The position numbers and the translations under genes are program-made. DNA of 64,000 bases from the NCBI RefSeq assembly GCF_009914755.1, contig NC_060935.1. The stretch is one strand, 5' to 3'. The DNA comes from the human T2T-CHM13v2.0 reference genome, Homo sapiens. The notes beneath the pieces are model-generated. The model did no database searches. It saw only the letters and a program-made list of their open reading frames with translations, and was not told the DNA's origin. Position 1 is the first letter of the stretch. Every line of letters begins with the position of its first letter. Shown here piece after piece: positions 14,227 to 29,041 of this stretch.

Positions 14227-14641
14227 ATCCTTTCCTGATAGTCTCAAGTCAGTGTTCTTTGAGTGCTCTTAGCCATGGTACTGAGTATGTGGGCAAGAAA
14301 GATCTCCATTTTTTAGCAGTTTAGCCATAGGAGAGGAGAATGAATCCTGAGACACCTGTGTTTTCTCATTTACAAAACAATATATCTCTGTTAAGAAACC
14401 AGCTTACAAATTTAGAGGGAAATTGATAGTTTGCTTTGCGTGAAGTGCTGTTCTTGTATGTGTATGCCTTGAAGAACAAATAATAGTCGTAATGTTCAAG
14501 TGCAGTTTTGTCATATTGATTGCTTTGTAGTAGTGCATCAATGTCCCAGGTTCACTCAAACGCTGTAACATTTTGAAAAATTAATAAGTAGCAGGGACAA
14601 TGGAAAATTGGTTGTTGCAAGGATAAGCCTTATGTAGCAGA

Positions 14642-14746
14642 TTGATGACGGCAAAAACTGTTATGTTTCATATCTGCTTATGAGGACAAAGGCTGTTATG
14701 TTCCATATCTGCTGATGAGGACAAAAGCTATTATGCTAGATATCTA
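14642..14746. repeat. Degenerate 35-bp tandem repeat, 3 copies
   Basis: Units begin at 14642, 14677 and 14712; consensus ctgatgaggacaaaagctgttatgttccatatctg. Confidence 0.85.
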
Positions 14747-14756
14747 TTGATAAATA

Positions 14757-15098
14757 CAGTCATCCCTTGGTATCCATGGGGGATTGGTTCCAGGACCTCC
14801 TGCAGATACCCAAATCCATGGATGCTTAATTCCTTGATATAAAATGGTATAGTATTTACATAAAACCTAAGCACATAGTCCTGGATACTTTAAATCATTT
14901 CTAGATTAGTTATTGTATAATAACGAATACAATATAAATGCTATGTAAATAGTTGTGTTAGTGCATTGTTTAGGGAATAATGACAAGGAGAAAAGTCTGT
15001 ACATGTTCAGTACAGACACAATTTTTTAGAAAAATATTTTCGATCCACAAATGGTTGAAGCCACGGATGTGGAACCTGCAGGTATAGAGGGCCAGCTC
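14757..15098. mobile_element. MER2 DNA transposon
   Basis: cagtcatcccttggtatccatgggggattggttccaggac start; TA flanks on both sides. Confidence 0.85.
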
Positions 15099-15299
15099 TA
15101 TGCTATATGTCTATTGTGAAAATTAGTTGAGTTTTAATTATTTGAACAAAGCATTTAATTTTATGTGGCTCATAGTGAAGTATAGATAGCCATGGTGGTA
15201 ACATAAATGAAGAATTCTTCTCTGGTCAAGCATTTTCTATTGTGTAAAGGACGGCTGTGGCTTCAAGATTTCTTCATCTCTATAAAAGCAACCCCCAAA

Positions 15300-15490
15300 A
15301 TTAACTGGGCATAGTGCGCTTGTAGTCCCAGCTATCAGGAGGCTGAGGTGAGAGGATCACTTGAGCCTGGGAGGCTGTGGCGAGAAGATTTCCCGAGCCC
15401 AGGAGGTCAAGGCTTCAGTGAGACATGATTGCACTGCTGCACTCCAGCTTGGGTAATAGAGTGAGACATTGTTCCCAAGAAAAAAAAAAT
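15300..15490 (+). mobile_element. Alu right-monomer fragment (FRAM/AluJ-like)
   Basis: tgtagtcccagctatcaggaggctgagg...ccagcttggg followed by an A tail; contains an internal duplication. Confidence 0.8.
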
Positions 15491-18400
15491 CGTGGGAGGA
15501 TTTTAAGTTTTCGTTCCACTAGAACACAAGCATTTCACAGTTGACATGTCAAGTTGAATGCACAGGACCTAAGACAACTTGGTCTTCAGGGTAATTTAAT
15601 CAGTTTAGCAATTTAATCACCCAGGTTATACCACTGGCTAGGCTACAGCAAACAAGTCTGTGGAGCAGGTGGTCCAAGAGTGTGGAGCAAAATATGTTAT
15701 TGTACAAATGAAAGCATACCATGAGCAGCCTGCAGAATCCTTGGGGATCCAGGATAAGAAACATGATTTTGGTTATATAACAGTGTAACTGTACTTAATG
15801 CGACTGCACTGTACCCTTAAAAATGACAAAAGGGTAAATTTATGTGATGTGTATTTTGTCACACACACACCCATACATGTGCACACACAAAGATGCATAA
15901 TTTTCCATGATCCATTTTCAGAATGATTCTGTTTTAGGACCAATATGTAATGGGACCAGGTTGGAGGAACTGATCTCTGAGACCCTTGCTTGTGCCCTTA
16001 GGAAGAGTAAATTCCTTTTGTTTCTCAACGTGGAGTAACAGGAAGTGGACAATTTAGGGAGGTGCTTTCTTTTATGTCATCATCAAAGTGGTATAAGGAA
16101 TTGCAGTTTTGGTTTACAGATAAAGGAAATTTAACAATACCTTTTAGGAGCATCTTGCCTTCTTACCTCCATATTTAGTCATGAAATGGGGAAAGAGATG
16201 CTGCTGAATTCTGAGTTAGGTGTACTCCTTGGATAATCTAAATTAATAGGCCCATGTAGATTGCCTTGGAACCTAGCCCTGTTTTGTTTCTGTGGAAAAA
16301 CTTCCATTTTGAATTTCACTTAAACAGCTTACAATTCATACTGAGCAATAGAATTGTTAAATTAGAGACTGCATGCAGTTTTATACTTTCAGTCATCTTG
16401 GTTACACATCTTTCTCCAAATCATTTGTTTTTCATATGCATTTTCTTATCTTTACCATCCTATGGGCTCTAAGATACCTTGTTACATCATTCTACCTTAT
16501 TCTGTCATCAAATTTTTTTGTGAAAATAGATTGACATGATAGCTCAATAATTTTGTTTATAAGTAACAGCTAGCAGACAATTTCAGAATTGAAGGATAGC
16601 ATAGATCTTAAGGACACTATGAAGAAAAATCTTAGCCTCACTAAAGTGGAATAGGAGCAAAGGTTGCCACTGTTCAGCTATTTTTGTTGAAATATAAGCT
16701 TCCAGAAATGTGGGACTGGCATTATATGCCTCAGGGCCAACTCTTCCTAGAAAACCTTGTTCCTTCTTTAGGCCATCAGTATTTGTTTTACACAGCTTTG
16801 GGTTTTATGAATAGTGCTTTTTTTAAACATTATTTGGGTACTCTCTAGAAGTTGCCAACTTTTATTTTGCCAAATAAGGATGTTAAAAGCACCACCTGCT
16901 ATCCCCATCATTTCATAAAAGACATTTTAAAACACACAAAGGACAGAACTTCATAATAAAGGACAGGCACTTTAAATTGAATACATTTAGTGTGAAATAT
17001 TCAGCTATGTCTGTATTTTCTACATAAAAATCCAATAATGTTCTTTAAATTGATTTAAAAACACTCAGATTTCATCTGGGGCATATATCAGTCCCTCTGT
17101 TGGAGTTTGGGACTCAGTGGTGTATTTATGCCTGGGACTTTTGTCTGAAACCCTCTCTTAACGGCAGCAGAAGAGAGAGAGAAATGACATGCTATACTAC
17201 TAAAATTATTCTTGTTTTGCAAGTTGTTAAATGAAAGCACTTCAGAAATATTGAAAAAAGCCTTGTAGAATCTAGTTTAATAAGATGATACAGTCTGTTA
17301 ATGATCAGAGCATAAATGAAGATGTCTTGTTCACGTGTTTCACACTACTGCTGACTTTATACAGTCTTTATAGGAATGCTGCAGATTCTTTGGTTATTTG
17401 ACCTTTGGTTTTCCACTTTTGATGTTCTGAAGTGGTTAATTGTGACCTTTAGCCATGAAGCCTGATGTTCAAACATTGCTTTTCTGAGGATGGATGGGGA
17501 GAAGGGACAGGTATGAGTTTTAAAATTATTTTAGAGTTTCAGATATTATCTGAAAATTTTATAAATAATTTTATTTGAATTAAATCCTAAATCTAGTTTA
17601 GGTTTGAATAATATAGGTATGTGTTTCCTGTGGTTAATACCAGTTTTTGAGAAAAGCATGACATATGCTTTTATACACTGAGTTACTGAAAGACCCTTGG
17701 AAATGGGATGTTATAGACAATTGATTTTTAAAAAGTTCTAAAGTTATATGGGAGAATGGTCCATGCTTTGGAAATTTCTTCTTTGAAAATATATAGCTTA
17801 AACTACTTAAATAGGATAGCACACACCCAAATTTCTGCAGAATTAAATTAGATATTATTTGATAGAAAATTTATGATTAGGAATTCATTGTTTTACTTAA
17901 TTCATATTTATTGAGGATTTTAGTTAGTGTTGAGTATTGTTGTAAAACTTAGGGATCTAGCAAGGACTTAGACATATCCCTGCCCTCACAGAGTTTATGT
18001 TCTAATGAGCAAGCTAGACAATACATAAGTAAATAAAGAATTGTGATATTAAACAGAAAGATGTTGTGGTAAAGACAAATGATGGCGGGTGCTGAGGAGG
18101 AGAAAGGCTACTTTAAAATGGATGGTTAGTGCAGGTGCCTTGATTAGGTGACAGTGTAGTCCAGGAACATGGGAAGAAGGCTGTAGGAGGCGCAGAGAAC
18201 AATGGCCTTGTGGTAGCAAATAACTTAGTGTATTCTTGGAACTATCAGAAAATCAACTTGGATGAAGCATGGTGAACTAAGAAAGGGGATACACTAGGCT
18301 CTAATAGGGCCCTAGTAAGTGTTTGCTTAGTGAATGAGTAAATAGATGAGTGAAAGATTTTTATGGTCTTAATTCTGGCCAATCCTTATTGCAGATAAGA

Positions 18401-18989
18401 GTAATGATGAATCAGGGATAGATATCATTGAGGGTGATGGGCCAACTGGTCAACTCAGAGACTGTAAAGCAGCATCTCAGTTGGTGCCTAAATTTTAGGC
18501 TTCATGCTACAGGCCCAGAAGTTTGATTTCAGTATATCAACAGTGGTCTAATCCCTTGAGGAGGAACTTATTCCAACCAAGCACACAGGGACTGATGTAT
18601 TAATTCAGAATGCTGATCAATTTACATTGAGATCTTCTTTTCTAACGACCAAAATACCATATTAATGTATGTTGTAGGGAGCATTCCTTTTTCCAGCGTG
18701 AGGGCACTGGCAAATTGAATTAGTAACCAGAAGCTCACTCAGTAAATTTAGAAGAGGATCAAGATCTTTGGGAGTATTTTGTGTGGGTCAAGTTGATGCT
18801 GGATGAAATATCCTTGCTCCACAGTGAAGAATAATATTACAAGTGCATGTATTTTTTTTGTAGGTCACTTTTTTCTGATCATAAAATAACAGGTGAATAC
18901 CTTAGAAAATAACAATTCTGTACAGAGAAGACCATTGTTAATATTTGTAGTTCTCTACATCAAGATCATGAAGATAATCTATGTAAACT

Positions 18990-20480
18990 TTTATTTGCTT
19001 TTTATTTTACTTTTGCTTTTCATGTTTTGGTTTTAATACATCTGAAGTCCACATTCGGAGATTATGTGAGGTAAGGATCCAATTTAATATTTTCCAGGGA
19101 GTATACCAATTTTCCTATCACCATTTCCAAAATATTTATCCTTTCTCCACTGGCTTGTGATATGACCTGTATCATACACCAGGTTTTCATATGGGTCTCT
19201 TTCTCAGCTTTTAAATTCTATTCCATTAGTCTTTGATCATATGCAATTGTTTTTCTTATTGTGATTTTTGTACTGTGCCTTAATTTTTTAATAATGCCTT
19301 TTAGTTGGATGGTAATTATCCTGGGTTTTCTATGTGGATTATCAGGTCAGCTTCAAATAATGAACACCCTCTCTTCTCTTCCAATTGTTTTACTTGTTTC
19401 TTCTTCTTGTCTTATATTAGCCAGAATGTCATATAGTATATTGACCAGTAGCTATGGTGGTGGCGTTTTTATCTTATTGGACTTAAAAAGAAATACATCA
19501 AAAGTTTCTCCATTAATGATGATGTTTGCTATAGGGCATTGATAGATAGCCTTCAAAAAGTTAAGAAAGTTCTTTTCTTTCTAGTCTTCAAGGTTAAAAA
19601 GTTTTTAAAGATCTTAATTGAATGTGAACTTTATCAAATGCCTTTCTTATGTCTATTGAGATAATCATGTATTTTCTTCTTTAATACATTCCTGTGGTGA
19701 AATATGTTAATAAGTTTTCTGATATTAAATTATCTTTGCATTTCTAGAATAAAACCTAATAAGTATTATTAGGGTTATTTTTCTCAAACACCTGATTGGA
19801 TTCTGTTAGCTCATATTTTATTGAGTGGATTTCCTTCTATGTTTGTTAGTGAAATTGGCCTATAATTTTCTTTGCTGTCCTCATCTGATAGTTTTAAAGA
19901 TTGTACCAAACTGAAAAATGAATTGGGTAGTTTCCACAATTTTTCTAATTTTGGCTAAATTTTATATAACATAGAAATGCTCTGTTTCAGTTCAGTGGGA
20001 CACCCTGTAAGATCATTGGGTAACACTATTTCAGTTTTTCATGGTTGTCTATTCAAGTTTCCTATTTTATGTTATGCTAATTTTATTGGTAATATAATTT
20101 TTCATTCTATTTATTGTAGGTTTTCAAAAATATTTGGCTATAGGTGTTTTATAATAAAACTACTTTTAAAGTCTTTATTATAGCTATAATTTGTTCCCTT
20201 ATTTATTTTGTTTGCTTGCATTCTATTGTTATTTTGTTAAACTGTTATTTCCTGAGGTTATCAACAATAGTCTTTTTCTAGAAGAAGCTTCTGATAGTAT
20301 TAACCTTTTTTTTTCTATACCGTTCCATTATTTTTTCTTGGTTTCTACCTTTTATTATTTTCTTTCTTCCTGTTTCTTTGGGTGTACTCTGTCTCTTGCT
20401 TATGTCTTCAGTTGTGCTTATTTTTCAGCTTTTCCTATTTTCTAATACATGTATTGAGAACCAATAATTTCCCTCTAACA
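18990..20480 (-). mobile_element. Old L1M(E) ORF2 fragment
   Basis: T-rich, diverged antisense L1 ORF2 sequence. Confidence 0.6.
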
Positions 20481-21799
20481 AACTTGTCCTAATGAGTGTA
20501 CACATAGAGCACTGTCTCCACCAAGTTGAAGATAAACCTTCTTTTCAGGCACATGATAAAGAATTATAACAAATATTAGTAAATTGGAATCATTCAATGT
20601 TATGAGAACAATGCAATTAAGCTATGACTCAACAATTAAAGAGTAACTTGAAAAATTTTATATGGTTTCAAATAAAATTCAGGTCACAAAACAATTTAAA
20701 TAGAAATTAGAAAATATTTCAAACTGAAAGATCATGGAAATGCTACAGATAAAAACTTTTAGGGTGCAGCTAAACAGGACTTCGAGGGAAAATTATAGCT
20801 ATAAATCCTGTATTAGGAAGGAATAAAAGTGAAGAGAATGTTAAAGTCATAGCAAAAATTAATGAAATAGAAAATGAATATTCAGTAGAGGGTGTTCAGT
20901 AGAGAATAGCAAGTAAGCTAAAAGGAATAATAAAACTGAAACTTTTGGCAAGATGGCTGAAGGAAAAAGAAGACGTATAACCAGTATCAAGAATGAAAAA
21001 GACTCAAGTGCTGCAAACAGGGAAAAGATAAGAAAATAATGTGAACAACACATAACATCCGGCTATAGTATGACAACCATTTCATACCTATCCCAATGTC
21101 AAAAATCAAAGGTCTGACAGTACCAAGAATTGGAGAGGATGTGAATCAGCCATATCAGACAGTTAGTTGGTGGGAATGTACATTGGTGCCGCCATTTTAT
21201 GAGACAGTTTGGCATGATCTTAATAGTTAACCATTTGTATGTTCATCTGCCAAGCACGTCCACCTCTAGGTTCAGGAGAAACTTGAAAATATATGCTAGG
21301 AGAAATGTACAAAAAGTTCATAGCAGCATTATTTGATAAAGCAGAAACCTGGAAATGATTCAGATGCCCATGGACAAGGGAATGGATAAAGCACATTCTC
21401 AAGTGAATATTATATGGCTACAAAATGATTGAACAACATCTATATTCAAAAATTCTGCTACATAAAATTGAGTGAAATAATTAAGTTCCAAAAGGTCAAA
21501 TATGCTTAATATTCAAAGAGCAACTTAAACTAAGCTACATACTCTTCAGAAAAATATCTATATCTGTGTGCATATCTATTATTTATAGAGAGACATATAG
21601 ATATATGATGAGTGATTACAAGATTCAGGAAATATTTTGCATGTGGGAGGTGGAGGATGGGATGGAGGGAAGATCACATAGCTGTATAAAAATGTCAGTT
21701 TTCTAGTTCCTATATTGGGTTCACAGTGTTTATTATTAAAAAAAAAAAAGATGGCTTGTATGAACCAATGATCAGAGTGTTACAAAGCAAGGATTTTGA

Positions 21800-22099
21800 G
21801 GCTGGGCATAGTGGCTCACGCCTGTAATCTCAGCACTTTGGGAGGCCGAGGCAGTCGGATCACCTGAGTTCAGGAGTTTGAGACCAGCCTGGCCAACATG
21901 GCGAAACCCCATCTCTACTAAAAGTAGAAAAATTAGCTGGGTGTGGTGGTGCGTGCCTGTAATCCCAGCTACTCGGGAGGCTGAGGTAGGAGAATTTTTG
22001 AACCTAGGAGGTGGAGGTTGCAGTGAGCCGTGATTGGGCCACTGCATTCCAGCCTGGGAGACAGAGCAAGACTCCATCTCAAAAAAGAAAAAAAAAAAA
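21800..22099 (+). mobile_element. AluSx-type SINE
   Basis: Full dimer; TSD aaggattttga on both sides. Confidence 0.92.
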
Positions 22100-22532
22100 A
22101 AGGATTTTGACCCAATAAATATTAAAACATCAAATTAACATATTAACATTCTAAGGGAGAAAAATCGTATGATCATCTTCATGGATGCAGGAAATCATTT
22201 GTTAGACGTCACCATCCATTCGTGACTAAAGGAAAAAGCAAACAAATTAGGAATACAAGGCAATTTACTTAAACCTGGCAAGGGGTATCTACAGACAACA
22301 ATACTGCAGACATCAAACATCATTCTTAATGATGCAAGTTCATAGCATTCCCAAGACTGAGGAACTTGTCAAGGATGGCTACTACCAATTCTGTTGGTCA
22401 TCATACTGGAGTTAGCCCACATAGTCAATAAAGAAATTAAAGATATTAGGACTGGGGCAAGTAATAAAACTCCTCCATAGATGATTTGATTATCTACATG
22501 GAACATCCAAAAGAACTGTATACATATTTACA

Positions 22533-22744
22533 TTTTTTTTTTTTTTTCTCAGACAGGGTCTTGCTCTGTTGCCCAGGCTGGAGTGGAGTGGCACAAACAT
22601 GGCCTCACTACAGCCTCCATCTCTTGGGCTCAAGCGATCCTCCTGCCTCAGCCTCCAGAGTACCTGGGACCACAGGCACACCACTATGCTTGACAAATTT
22701 TTTAATTTTTTGTAGAGATGGGGTCTTGGCGTGTTGCCCAGACT
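22533..22744 (-). mobile_element. AluJ partial
   Basis: Reverse Alu right monomer plus part of the left monomer. Confidence 0.85.
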
Positions 22745-24123
22745 GAAAATATTTTTTAGAAATAAGAATTTGGCAAGTTAGTTGAATATGAAAATCATTA
22801 CTGACCATCCTCAACCTACAATGGTTTGACTTAGTTTTTTGACATTATAATGGGTTTATTGTGGTATTAAATGCATTTTTGACTCATGATATTTTCACAT
22901 TACTTTAGGTTTATCAGGACATAACCCCATTGTAATTCAATAGTATGTAATCTGCATACAAAAATCAGTTGCATTTTAATATACCAGCAGATATCAGTTA
23001 AAAATGAAAATTTAAAAATATACCATTTACAATAGCATAGAAAAATATGAGATACATAGATAGGAATGAATTTAAAAAGCTGTACACACATGTACACATG
23101 AGCACATAGCATAATGGAAATGACTGATAAATTCAGTTGCATTAATATGAAGAATTTCTTTTCTCTAAATCTACCATAAAGACACAAGTCACAAACTAGG
23201 CGAAGATAATTGCAAATTATATAATTGACAAAAACTCATACCTAATATACAAAAATATTTCCTACAAAAAAAAACGAAAAAAGAAATCCAATAGACAAAT
23301 GAAGAAAGCATGAGAACAAGTACTTCATAAAAGAGAAACTTGAATGTCCAATAAACAGGAAAAAAATGTTCACCTCATTATTAATCAGGAAATTCATATT
23401 AAACTACAATAAGAAATTTATATTCCCACCACATTGGCAAATATAAAGTGTGATCATACCTGGGGTTAAGAATGTGAGTCTTAAGCACTTACTGGTGAGA
23501 ATGTAAATTGGTTCAACTACTTCGGAGACTCACGTGACATTACTTAGTAAATTTAAATGTGTGTTCATCCTAAGATCCAGTGGTTCTACTTCTAGATATT
23601 TAAAGTAGAGAAAATCTTACACATATGCACAAGAAGACAAGTGTGAGGATATTCATAACAGTCCTACATGAAAATAACTCCAGTATTTATCATCAGTAGA
23701 ATTCATAATTAATTGTGTTTATATGATACTGCAATAAAAAGATCTGCAGCTACATGCAGCAACATGGATGACTTTTACAGACAATTGTGCAAAATAAGCA
23801 GGCTGCAAAAGAATAATACCATATGATTTCATTTAAATAAAATTAAAAGACCTGACAAAGCTAAGCAATGTGTTTTTAGGGTGTACATAAGTGGAATGAT
23901 TATGAAGGAAGGGCATCAAAATCAGGATAGTGGCTTACCTTCGTGAGGGAGGAAGGGTATGTGATTGGAAGAGGGCTATGCAGGAAGTTTCTAAGGTTTT
24001 GGCAATATTTCCTTCACACTAAAAATGTGTTTACCCATGTGTTTGCTTTATTATCTTTATCCTTTAAAATACACATGTGTTTTATTTCCATAGTTATTTA
24101 TTTTACAATAAAAATACAATAAC

Positions 24124-24230
24124 ATAGTCCCAGCTACTTGGGAAGCTGAGGCAGGAGGATCATTTGAACACTGGAATTCAAGGTCAGCCTGGACAGTATA
24201 GCAAGACCCTGTCTCTAAAAAATAAATAAT
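24124..24230 (+). mobile_element. Alu monomer fragment
   Basis: tagtcccagctacttgggaagctgaggcaggaggatc...caagaccctgtctct. Confidence 0.75.
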
Positions 24231-25995
24231 AAATTTAAAAGTTTCAATGTGATAATGTATGAAGAACTTAACAACGGCATGGCGCATAGAACATACTCAA
24301 TAAATGTTTATTATTGTTTTGTTATTAATATCAAAATGTTTCCCTCTACATCTAGTTATAGCTGCAGCCCATACATTTTTCAGGTACTGCTTTTATTTAG
24401 TTTGAAGTCTTTAACAAATTTCCCTCCTACTCTAAAACAAGTATTATTTAGTAGACTATTTTAGTTTTCAGGCGTATAGGATTGTTCAATCGATCTCTCT
24501 CTTTGTCTTATAATACTGCTGCATTAGACTCAGAAGATGTAGTCTGTATGAAGGTAATTTTTCTGACAGTTATTGAATAAATTTATTTGTAGCTTGAAAA
24601 AAGAAAATGTACTTAGATGAATAAAAAATACCTTTGTTGAAATTCCTGCAGTGAAAATAATTTTGGTACTGCAGTTCTGTAACTCTCTACTCTTCCTTTC
24701 TCTATTACAGTCTTGATTTTAATATCTCGATATTTGAAAACCCAAGCCTTCTTAGTATTGTAGCCATAATGATATTACAGAATAGACTATGATTTTGTGT
24801 TTATATGTATTGTTTAGTATTAATTTATGCTACCACCAGCAGTGTAAGAGAGTGCCTGTTTCCTTGTCCCCTGGTGAGCAGCACTGGATAATATTTAAAA
24901 ATAATTTTTGGCAATTGGATTTTTTTTCTGTTACATTTATTCCTTTACTTGTTAGTAAACTTTAATTTCTTGAATATATATATATATTGTCCAATTTTCA
25001 TTCTATGTGAATATTTATGTCCTTTACTAATTTTCTATTGTGAGAGTAGTGTTTTTGGTTTATTTTTTCAAAAATTAATTTGTAAAACCAGTTTATATAT
25101 TTAGGGTGGTATCATTCCTTGTTGCAATTTTCTTCTTCCCAGTTTGGAACTGGCTTTAAAATTTCCACTTATTCTTTTTTACCTATCGTCTTTTCTTCCT
25201 CTTCTTCAGGAGCAAATATTCCCAGCCTTTTCTTCTTATTTCATGTAGAGCAGTTTAGTCTTCTTTTATTGCAGGGGGAAGATGGTCATTTGGCAGTGAT
25301 GATGTGGCCCCGATTGCAGAATTGAGTTGGAGGCTGAAGCATGTGAGCTCTGATCCTTGCCAGTTCCGTAAGTCCACAAATAACACATCTATTTAGACAG
25401 CTTCCAGACAACAGATAGCTGTGAAATATAATCTCCTTTATGATACAGTAGTGATCCTAAATTTAAGTATGTCAAGCATTTATAACCTTCTGACTCCTTG
25501 CAAAATTTTATCTCAAGTGATTTCAATATACTGTGCATACTTTATCAGGCAATCCAAAGGAAAACATCTATCTGTAGTGAAAGCATAACACTGACGTTTG
25601 TCAAAGGTCAAAGATTCAGAGATTTAACTTATTAATCTATAAGCTGTTAGTATTTTTATACTGTGGTGGTAAAAAATTTGCAGGATTTTTAAAAACATGT
25701 TTTAGTTCCTACCAGGAGTTCCTAAGTACATTGTTTTTCTAGTAAAATCCAGTTCGTTCCACATTTTTGACTGAAAAAAGCCAAATCTTTACTTTTTGGG
25801 AAGAAAAGGTCCGTTTTTAAGGAGATCTAGTCCTAAAAATATCAAGGATAGAGGCCTAGGAAATATGTAAGCCTCCACAGACTTCCACACATTCCCCAAA
25901 CTACTTAAGATGATCCCCAAATAGGACCAGCCCTAAATGAGCCCTGGAAATAGGGAAGAAGGCTATCTGTATGCCTCAGTACTAGGGACCGTCTA

Positions 25996-26386
<391 letters not shown>

Positions 26387-26449
26387 AGATCCCTAAGAAA
26401 TAAGTAGAAGAAATTATGGGAGAGCCTGATGATACCCCTTCATTTAGAG

Positions 26450-26659
26450 CAAGGGTGTCCAATCTTTTGGCTTTCCTGGGCCACATTGGAAGAAGAATTG
26501 TCTTGGGCCACACATAAAATACACTAATACTAATGTTAGCTGATGAGCTAAAAAAAAAAAAAAAAAATTGCAAAAAGTCTCATTATATTTTAAGAAAGTT
26601 TATGAATTTGTATTGGGCTGCATTCAACACCATTCTGGGCCACAGGTTGGACACATTTG
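26450..26659 (+). mobile_element. MER30 hAT element, copy 1
   Basis: caagggtgtccaatcttttggc start; perfect 8-bp TSD atttagag (26442-26449 / 26660-26667). Confidence 0.88.
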
Positions 26660-26947
26660 ATTTAGAGGGATGAGAGCTAGAGGTGGGGTGGGCTTGGGAC
26701 AGAAAGTGAGCACTCTGTGCTATGAATCAACAGCATCTGAAGCAGTGGGCTGGGAGACCCCAGGGTAAGTATGGCCACATCAAGTAGTAGTCTGTGGCAA
26801 TGGGGCTTCTGACATACCACTGGGCTTTTGCATGGTGCAGTGGCTAGTGGCCCAGAAACGAGAAGGGGTCACATAATAATTGCCACAGAACACTTATTTA
26901 ACAAATGCTTAGGTAGCCTTTATTACCTCCCAGGGATTGTTTTAAAT

Positions 26948-27158
26948 TATTGGTTCTTAACTGGAGGTGGTTTTGCCCCCCAGGGGACATTTGGAAGTGT
27001 CTGGAGATATTTTTGTTGGCACAACTGGGAGGAGACTGCTACTGGCATCTAGTACATTAGAGACCAAGGATTCTACTGAACATTCTAAAATGCACAGGTT
27101 AGTCCCCACAACAGATTATCAGTCCCCAAATACAGTGCCAAGATGACAAAGCCCTGCT
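26948..27158. mobile_element. MER20 hAT element
   Basis: ttttgccccccaggggacatttgg...tgctactggcatctagt core. Confidence 0.8.
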
Positions 27159-27526
27159 TCAAATATTTAATAAATATTAACTTATTTAATCTTCATAGCA
27201 ACCCTGTGAAAGCTGCTCATTTTTCAGGTAAGGAAATGGAGGCAGATAAGTAACTTGCCCAGTTCATATATCTGATGGAGACTCCAGGCCAAAGGGAAAT
27301 ATGCATGTTCGAAAAATGCAAACATTCTAGAGAAGAGTGGTTACATTACTACTAGCCTAAATAAAATTTAAGGTGAAATGATTTACAGACAGGGTAATTT
27401 TTTTAACAAAAAGGCAAAATTCACAATGAAAATAGTTATAAAACTTTGGATACTAAATAGTATAACCCTGAAATATATAAAACAAAATCTGTTACAATGT
27501 AAGGAGTAATTTAAATACAGTGCTAG

Positions 27527-27830
<304 letters not shown>

Positions 27831-27916
27831 ACAGTGCTAGCTTTTTAAGAATAGCTTTATTGAAGTATAATCAACATACAATAAACTGCACAAATTTGAA
27901 GTATAAAATTTCATAC

Positions 27917-28161
27917 TTTTTTTTTGAGACGGAGTCTCGCACTCTCGCCTGGGCTAGAGTGCAGTGGTGCAATCTCGGATCACTGCAACCTCCGCCTCCC
28001 GGGTTCAAGCAATTCTCTTGCCTCAGCCTCCTGAGTAGCTGGGATTACATGCACCCCCCCCACCACACCCAGCTAATGTTTTGTATTTTTAGTAGAGACG
28101 GGATTTCACCATGTTGGCCAGGCTGGTCTCGAACTCCTGACCTCGTGATTCGCCCACCTCA
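27917..28161 (-). mobile_element. AluS, 5'-truncated
   Basis: Reverse Alu lacking about 35 nt of its 5' end. Confidence 0.88.
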
Positions 28162-28965
28162 ATATATGTCTGTGCCTGTGAAATAATGCCACAGTTAACG
28201 TAATGAACATTTCCACCATTCCAAAAGTTTCCTCGTGCCTGTTTATAATCCCTCCTTCCACACACTTCATGCCCTTTTCCAATTCTGTCAACCAGTAATC
28301 TTCTTTCTGTCTTTATAGATGAGTTTGCATCTTCTAGAGTTTTATATAAGTGAAATTATGCAGCATATACTCTTGTTTTGTATGTATTCTTCCACTCAGC
28401 ACATTTATTTTGTGATATCCATGTTTTTGCAAGTATCAACAGTTCATTCCTTTTTATTGCTAAGGAACATTTCATTGTATGGATATACCACAATTTGTAT
28501 ATTGATTTACCTTTTGATGGACATGTGGGTTGTTTCTATTTTTGGCTATTATAAATAAAGATGCTGTGAACATTCATGAACAAGTCTTTGTATGGACATA
28601 TGTTTTTTTTTCTCTTGGAAGAATACCTACGAATGGAATGGCTGGGTTATATGGTGAGTATGAGTTTAACATTTCAGGAAACTGCTAAACTGTTTACTAA
28701 AGTTATTGTTCCATTTTATATTCTCACCAACTATGTGAGAGAATTCCAGTTACTCCATATCCTTGCCAACATTTAATATGCTTACTCATTAGGATTTTAG
28801 ACATTTAAATAGGTGTATAGTGGTGTCTCATTGTAGTTTTAATTTGCATTTCCCTAATGCAAATGACTGATGATGTTGAGTATCTTTTCATGTATTTATT
28901 TGTTATCTGTATGTCTTCTTTGGTGATATGTCTGTCCAGATCTTTTGCTCATTTAAAAAATTGGG

Positions 28966-28996
28966 TGTATAATAGGGTTCTCCAGAGAAAAAGAAT

Positions 28997-29041
<45 letters not shown>

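Larger units (their letters stand above)
20510..24110 (+). mobile_element. Old L1M(E) fragments interrupted by Alus and a Tigger4-like piece (~22800-22945)
   Basis: A-rich ORF2 and 3' end remnants (aaatagaaattagaaaatatttcaaactgaa; aatgtaaattggttcaactac). Confidence 0.6.

Noticed and set aside
14711-14735. CTGATGAG motif suggesting a hammerhead ribozyme or C/D snoRNA
   Set aside because: No stem II followed by GAAA and no convincing terminal stem; explained by the tandem repeat unit.
14642-14746. CRISPR-like 35-bp periodicity
   Set aside because: Units are adjacent with no unique spacers, and the DNA is human.
19261-20445. Hydrophobic ORFs resembling membrane proteins
   Set aside because: T-rich antisense L1 sequence produces Phe/Leu-rich frames.
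18990-24110. Opposed L1 fragments as a twin-priming inversion
   Set aside because: The two parts appear to overlap in L1 coordinates and no TSD is visible, so independent old insertions are more likely.
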